Assembly: GCA_041562555.1 (NCBI GenBank)
Contig: JBFEXS010000027.1
Span: forward strand, 1-20,620
Reading direction: 5' to 3'
Source: Sulfurimonadaceae bacterium
Lineage (GTDB): Bacteria > Campylobacterota > Campylobacteria > Campylobacterales > Sulfurimonadaceae
Length of the DNA: 20,620 nucleotides
Position 1 is the stretch's first letter, and each line of letters begins with the position of its first letter. This document shows positions 16,228-20,620 of the stretch, in pieces. The translations under genes and the position numbers were made by a program. The notes under the pieces were generated by a model that did no database searches, was not told where the DNA came from, and saw only the letters and a list, made by a program, of their open reading frames with translations.

Positions 16228-17478
16228 TCAAACTTCCTCTTCTTCCCCTTCTGATCGCATACTCTCCAGTAGTGCGAGTCTAAAGCTCTCTTGTGATATC
16301 TGCAGTTTTTGAACAATCTCATTGGCGTTTTCGAGATTGAAGCTTTCGACAGCGACAACCAGTTCCAATAAGGATCCTAATTCTCCCCTATGTTTCGTGA
16401 TGGCGTCATACACCTCCTTATCCACGTGAAGCTCCTCGAGTATATTCTCAAGTGGAACATGGACGATACAGTGGATAAGGGATAAGAGACCGACAAAAGC
16501 AGCTTCGTGGCTTCTTTTTTTGTCATGATGCAAGGAATCCATCAGCTCAAACATTAATTTGGAACGAGAAGAGGCCATCTCAAGGAGCGGGGAGTTTAAC
16601 TTGGCAGAGTTATTATGATCGCTTTTGGAATATGCAATGAGCAATAACCACTGTTTTAATGGGATCTTGCCCAATAATGAAAGAGCATGTTGAATAGATT
16701 TTATCTCACTTCTGAGGTGAAGTTGTCCGGAGTTCATAAAGCGTAAAAGCTGCAAAGTAATATCTGCCTGCCGTTCAAATTGAAGACTAAGCTCATCCAG
16801 ATCAAGATCCTGGTCCAAAAGTTTGATGAGATTAAAGATGTTTTTGTAGTGTGGGTCCATTGCTTCTTGGGTAATAATACTCGGTTTGGAAAAATAGTAT
16901 CCCTGGAAATAGTCACATCCTAACTCCTTATAGAGTTCAAACTCTTCTTCTGTTTCAACCTTTTCGGCTAAGAGTTTAAAGTTGTATTGTTTCAAGTCAG
17001 GCATGTGTGCCTTTAATTCATTGATATCTATCATCTGAATATCAAGTTTCAGTATACTGATGTAAGGAAAAACGGGTTTGAAGTTATTAATAAACTCCGG
17101 ATCGCAATGGGCGTCATCCAGGGCAATAGTATACCCCATATCTCTGAGCTCAATGATACGCTTAAGCAATGTGTCCGTGAGTTTGACATGTTCGAGGATC
17201 TCAATGACGAAACGTTCTTTTGGAATCGTCGTGATCATACTGTCAGACAGCATCTCGTCATCAATGTTCACAAAAGCTTTTTTGTCATGAACGAGATTGT
17301 TGATACCGATATGATTGAGTGTGTTGACAAGCACACGGGTCGTAGCAAGAAGATTGTCTTCAAAAATCGGCAGAATAGAACCGTCGGGTTGAATGGAGCG
17401 AAAAAGAAGTTCATACGCCTGGATATCCTCATTCCTATCAACGATGGGTTGGCGGGCAATATAAATGTTTTGTGACAT
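16228..17478 (-). CDS. EAL + HDOD domain protein (YuxH/PdeH-, CdgJ-like c-di-GMP phosphodiesterase)
   Basis: YIARQPI..AYELLFR, FVN, EILE, ALDD, KLD, AEKVE and FQGYYFSKP motifs, followed by HDOD-type LLRFMNS..IKSIQHALSLLG and AFVGLLSLI. Confidence 0.9.
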   Translation of the reverse strand: MSQNIYIARQPIVDRNEDIQAYELLFRSIQPDGSILPIFEDNLLATTRVLVNTLNHIGINNLVHDKKAFVNIDDEMLSDSMITTIPKERFVIEILEHVKLTDTLLKRIIELRDMGYTIALDDAHCDPEFINNFKPVFPYISILKLDIQMIDINELKAHMPDLKQYNFKLLAEKVETEEEFELYKELGCDYFQGYYFSKPSIITQEAMDPHYKNIFNLIKLLDQDLDLDELSLQFERQADITLQLLRFMNSGQLHLRSEIKSIQHALSLLGKIPLKQWLLLIAYSKSDHNNSAKLNSPLLEMASSRSKLMFELMDSLHHDKKRSHEAAFVGLLSLIHCIVHVPLENILEELHVDKEVYDAITKHRGELGSLLELVVAVESFNLENANEIVQKLQISQESFRLALLESMRSEGEEEEV

Positions 17479-17588
17479 ATGATCTCCCTTTTCTAGTGTG
17501 TCTTATGAAGCATTTTACATCATAAATGATAAACAATTATAAAGAAAACAAATTAGCTTTGCAGATGTGATAATCTGGAGATAAACAG

Positions 17589-17627
17589 AAAGGTTGATTG
17601 ACATTGACTCAACCTTTGTGATAAAAT
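17589..17627 (+). promoter_or_regulatory. HAIR-like HspR operator overlapping the cbpA-hspR promoter
   Basis: GTTGATT-N7-ACTCAAC (17593-17613) compared with the HAIR consensus CTTGAGT-N7-ACTCAAG, inside the inverted repeat AAAGGTTGA/TCAACCTTT (17589-17617). TTGACA at 17598-17603 and TGaTAAAAT at 17619-17627. Confidence 0.8.
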
Positions 17628-17666
17628 ACCTGTAAATAATAAGAATATAATTTTAAGGTAACCAGA

Positions 17667-18566
17667 ATGAGTAAAAGTTTATATGACACCTTGGGTGTTT
17701 CATCGTCTGCAAGTGAATCAGAGATCAAGAAAGCCTATAGAAAGCTTGCCCGTCAATATCATCCTGATGTGAATAAGGATCCCGAGGCAGAAGAAAAATT
17801 TAAAGAGATTAATGCAGCCTATGAGGTTCTGAGTGACAAGCAGAAAAAAGCCCAGTATGATATGCATGGTGATGCGATGTTTGGCGGTCAAAACTTCCAT
17901 GATTTTGCACGCGGTCAAGGTGGGGGCGCTGACCTGGATGAGATTCTTCGCAGTATGTTTGGCGGCGGCGGTTTTGGCGGTGCCGGAGGCTTTGGCGGCG
18001 GTTTTGGCGGCGGCTTCGGGGGAAGTGGCGGTTTCGGCGGCGGCTTTGGCCAACAAGCGATGAACCTTGATATTGAGTCTAAGGTGACGGTCGCTTTTTC
18101 GGTGTCGATCTTGGGGGGAAAACATTCAGTCTCTATGAATGGTGAAAGTTTTGACATCAAAATCCCGGCTGGGATTAAAAGTGGTGAAAAGCTCCGTGTT
18201 CGCGGTAAGGGTAAAGATATGGGCGGCCAAAAAGGTGACCTCTATTTGATCATTACTGTCGCACCAAGCAATGAGTATGAGCGGGAGGGTGACGATCTGG
18301 TGAAGACCTTCGATGTCTCTTTGAAGTCAGCATTATTCGGAGGTAAGGTGAGTGTGAATACCCTGGAAAAGGAGATTACGCTTAAAGTACCTCAGAACAC
18401 AAAGAATGGTCAGCGTTTCCGTGTGAAAGAGATGGGAGCGATGAACCGTAAGACAAAGGTTCGTGGTAACCTTTACCTCAAGGCCAATATTGTACTGCCT
18501 GAGGTGGATCAATTGGATGAAGAGTTGAGTCAGGCACTACAAGAAAAATTACCAGAAACAGTATAA
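17667..18566 (+). CDS. cbpA: DnaJ-class co-chaperone CbpA (J domain, G/F linker, no zinc finger)
   Basis: J domain with HPD (RQYHPDVNK), G/F-rich linker, DnaJ C-terminal domain, no CxxCxGxG repeats, and adjacent to hspR. Confidence 0.92.
   Translation: MSKSLYDTLGVSSSASESEIKKAYRKLARQYHPDVNKDPEAEEKFKEINAAYEVLSDKQKKAQYDMHGDAMFGGQNFHDFARGQGGGADLDEILRSMFGGGGFGGAGGFGGGFGGGFGGSGGFGGGFGQQAMNLDIESKVTVAFSVSILGGKHSVSMNGESFDIKIPAGIKSGEKLRVRGKGKDMGGQKGDLYLIITVAPSNEYEREGDDLVKTFDVSLKSALFGGKVSVNTLEKEITLKVPQNTKNGQRFRVKEMGAMNRKTKVRGNLYLKANIVLPEVDQLDEELSQALQEKLPETV
17958..18050 (+). repeat. Degenerate GC-rich coding repeat (TTYGGCGGCGGY-like) encoding the FGGG linker of CbpA
   Basis: Repeated tttggcggcgg / ttcggcggcgg units with a mostly 12-nt period, giving [31 protein letters not shown]. 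Confidence 0.8.
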
Positions 18567-18578
18567 AGGAGATAGAAA

Positions 18579-18956
18579 ATGCACCATTATGATGAACCGG
18601 TATATTTAATCAGTATCGTAGCGAAGATCTTGGATATCCATCCTCAGACGCTTCGTCAGTACGAACGTGAGAACCTGATCACTCCCTCACGCTCAGGTGG
18701 GCGTATCCGCCTTTATTCTCAGAGGGACATCGATCGTATCAAGATGATACTTCGTTTAACACGTGAGTTAGGTGTAAATCTGGCCGGTGTGGATATTATT
18801 CTTCGCTTGAAAGAGCATGTGGATGTTTTGGAACAAGAGGTCAATGATCTGACCCACGAGATCTCCAAGATGAAACAAAACGGTGCAGTCGCACCAAACA
18901 AGACCTTAGTGACGAAAAAAAGTATTTATGAACTTGTTATATTTGAGGACAAGTAG
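18579..18956 (+). CDS. hspR: Heat-shock repressor HspR (MerR family)
   Basis: YDEPVYLISIVAKILDIHPQTLRQYERE, RLYSQRDIDRIKMILRLTRELGVNLAGV. SD AAGGAG; directly follows cbpA. Confidence 0.96.
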   Translation: MHHYDEPVYLISIVAKILDIHPQTLRQYERENLITPSRSGGRIRLYSQRDIDRIKMILRLTRELGVNLAGVDIILRLKEHVDVLEQEVNDLTHEISKMKQNGAVAPNKTLVTKKSIYELVIFEDK

Positions 18957-18972
18957 GTCTCTTTGATCAGCT

Positions 18973-18991
18973 GGGATGGTGATCCATCTTT
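18973..18991. terminator. Possible terminator hairpin between convergent hspR and murA
   Basis: GGGATGG-TGAT-CCATCTT followed by a short T run. Confidence 0.35.
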
Positions 18992-18998
18992 GATTTGA

Positions 18999-20261
18999 CT
19001 ACTCTTTTAAACGTTTGATCTTCGCTCCAAGCTTTTGAAGCTTTTTCTCCAGTTCGACATATCCACGGTCCAGATGGTAGATACGGTGTACATCCGTTGT
19101 CCCTTTAGCGACCATTGCTGCCAGTACAAGGGCGGAAGAGGCTCTCAAGTCTGTTGCCATGACATCCGCACCTACCAGGTCTATCTTTCCTGAGACCGTT
19201 GCCGAGTTCCCTTTGAGTTTTATTTCCGCTCCCAAACGTTGCAGTTCACTCACATGCATAAAACGGTTTTCAAAGAGTCTCTCTTCGATGACACTGACTC
19301 CTTCAGCCTGGGTACAAAGTGTAAGGAATTGAGCTTGCATGTCTGTCGGGAAGGCAGGGTATTCCTGGGTGATAATATCGGTGGCTTTGATTCTTTTTGC
19401 CGGTTTAACAGTGAGACTCTCTTTTTGGACGTCAACGGGAAAACCCATCTGCTCAAGTTTAGCGATAACGGCTTCAAGGTGATCCGGACGGACCTTGTTG
19501 AGCGTGACCTCCGAATTGGTAATGGCTGCTGCACACATATAGGTACCCGCTTCAATACGATCAGGGATGATATCAAAAGGCTCAATATGAACCAACCTGC
19601 GATCTGTTCCATAAATAGTCAATTCAGAGGTCCCGATACCGTCAATACTGACACCGGAACTCTTCAGTACCTCACATAGTTGAACGACTTCCGGCTCCAA
19701 AGCGGCATTGGTGATCGTTGTCTTACCTTTTGCCAGGGCTGCTGCCATCACAATGTTCGCTGTCCCGGTTACGGTGATCTTGTCAAAGACAATGTGCGAG
19801 CCCTTGAGACCGTTTTCTGCTTTGGCATGGACATATCCTGCCTCTATAGAGATCTCAGCTCCCATCTGTTCAAGTGCCTTAAGGTGAAGATCGATAGGAC
19901 GTTGTCCAATGGCACACCCACCGGGTAATGAGACTTCACAATGTCCGAAACGGGATAAAAGTGGACCTAAGACGAGTATGGATGCACGCATGGTCTTGAC
20001 AATGTCATAGGTTGCTTTTGTATTTGTAAGACAGCAGGTGTCAATAGAGGCGTTTTCATTTTGAATATTTACAGTCGCTCCCAGATTCTCTAAGAGCTTG
20101 ATTAGGGTTTTGATATCAACAACATTGGGAAGGTTGTTGATGGTGACCTCATTTTCTGCTAGCAGCGTCATCGCAATCAATGGCAGAGCAGCATTTTTTG
20201 CTCCTGATATGTCAACACTTCCGCTAAGTTTGGTCGGTCCTTCGATCTGTAAATAATCCAT
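18999..20261 (-). CDS. murA: UDP-N-acetylglucosamine 1-carboxyvinyltransferase
   Basis: [21 protein letters not shown], catalytic [31 protein letters not shown] and TDLRAS motifs. Minus-strand TATAAT at 20291-20296. Confidence 0.98.
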   Translation of the reverse strand: MDYLQIEGPTKLSGSVDISGAKNAALPLIAMTLLAENEVTINNLPNVVDIKTLIKLLENLGATVNIQNENASIDTCCLTNTKATYDIVKTMRASILVLGPLLSRFGHCEVSLPGGCAIGQRPIDLHLKALEQMGAEISIEAGYVHAKAENGLKGSHIVFDKITVTGTANIVMAAALAKGKTTITNAALEPEVVQLCEVLKSSGVSIDGIGTSELTIYGTDRRLVHIEPFDIIPDRIEAGTYMCAAAITNSEVTLNKVRPDHLEAVIAKLEQMGFPVDVQKESLTVKPAKRIKATDIITQEYPAFPTDMQAQFLTLCTQAEGVSVIEERLFENRFMHVSELQRLGAEIKLKGNSATVSGKIDLVGADVMATDLRASSALVLAAMVAKGTTDVHRIYHLDRGYVELEKKLQKLGAKIKRLKE

Positions 20262-20416
20262 AAAAATCCTGTATAAAAATAATAGGGGGTATTATAGTCA
20301 AGAGTAGGTTAAAGTTTATAAAGTAAGGAGATAATTATATATTCAAGTCTGTATTGGATTAATTTTTTATATATGCTATGATAAAGTAATCGCTTGGTTT
20401 GTTGAAGGGGAGCGTG

Positions 20417-20620
20417 ATGATTAGAACGATCAAAGCAAAGTTTATCTTTAATCTATTACTGGCGTTGTCGGGCCTTGTCTCTATTGTTGTCATAGCGTAT
20501 TTTATTGCGATTGCAGAGATCCATCGTATTATGGTGAAGGATATTGAATCCGTCGCCAACTCCCTCGGCAAGAGTCTGCACTATATCTCTTTACATGACA
20601 ATGAGGCGTATAAGGATGAA
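20417..20620 (+). CDS. 5' part of a membrane-anchored sensor-type protein (MCP, histidine kinase or cyclase-like), truncated by the window edge
   Basis: MIRTIKAKFIFNLLLALSGLVSIVVIAYFIAIAEIHRIMVKDIESVANSLGKSL...: short basic N-terminus, one TM, then an amphipathic helix; open to the edge. SD AAGGGGAG and TGcTATGAT at 20374-20382. The output domain is not visible. Confidence 0.65.
   Translation, partial: MIRTIKAKFIFNLLLALSGLVSIVVIAYFIAIAEIHRIMVKDIESVANSLGKSLHYISLHDNEAYKDE

Noticed and set aside
17718..18160. Antisense Pro-rich (17915-18160) and Ala-rich (17718-18125) ORFs
   Set aside because: Shadows of the GGC-rich G/F linker of cbpA.
19905..19930. Fosfomycin-resistant MurA variant
   Set aside because: The active-site Cys is retained (LPGGCAIG).
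20310..20382. Orphan AAGGAG and a TAAAGTTT sigma-28-like element upstream of the last CDS
   Set aside because: No proper start codon follows the SD, and there is no correctly spaced GCCGATAA-like -10.
20359..20571. 70-aa minus-strand ORF in the track
   Set aside because: It is antisense to the better-supported + strand membrane sensor CDS starting at 20417.
1..20620. CRISPR array, tRNA/rRNA, IS element or prophage
   Set aside because: I saw no spaced direct repeats, RNA-gene signatures, transposase, integrase or phage structural genes, and the intergenic gaps are short.

Overview
An AT-rich (roughly 40% GC by eye) bacterial chromosomal segment, most likely from a free-living Campylobacterota (Sulfurovum/Sulfurimonas-like). 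This assignment is inferred from the cbpA-hspR pair with a HAIR box, the -10-dominated promoters and the protein styles. Core genes are purL, purH, a GreA/GreB factor, cbpA-hspR, murA and pfkA. Accessory modules sit between them. (1) A translationally coupled LolA-like / outer-membrane beta-barrel / MMPL-RND operon, divergent from a TetR regulator, with two 19-bp operators over its promoter and a fourU-like hairpin on its first RBS; this is the best candidate for an uncharacterised trans-envelope lipid or hydrophobic-molecule transport system. (2) An SPFH(YdjI-like)-SHOCT gene coupled to a triple zinc-ribbon gene, resembling a PspA-less ydjGI module. (3) Single genes for a YbcL-like PEBP protein, an Rrf2 regulator, a DUF1353-like protein, cspA and an EAL-HDOD protein. 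(4) An orphan lipoprotein plus exported protein apparently co-transcribed with pfkA. purL and cspA both have structured 5' leaders. I found no rRNA, tRNA, CRISPR array, transposase or integrase. All family calls come from motif recognition by eye; no searches were run.
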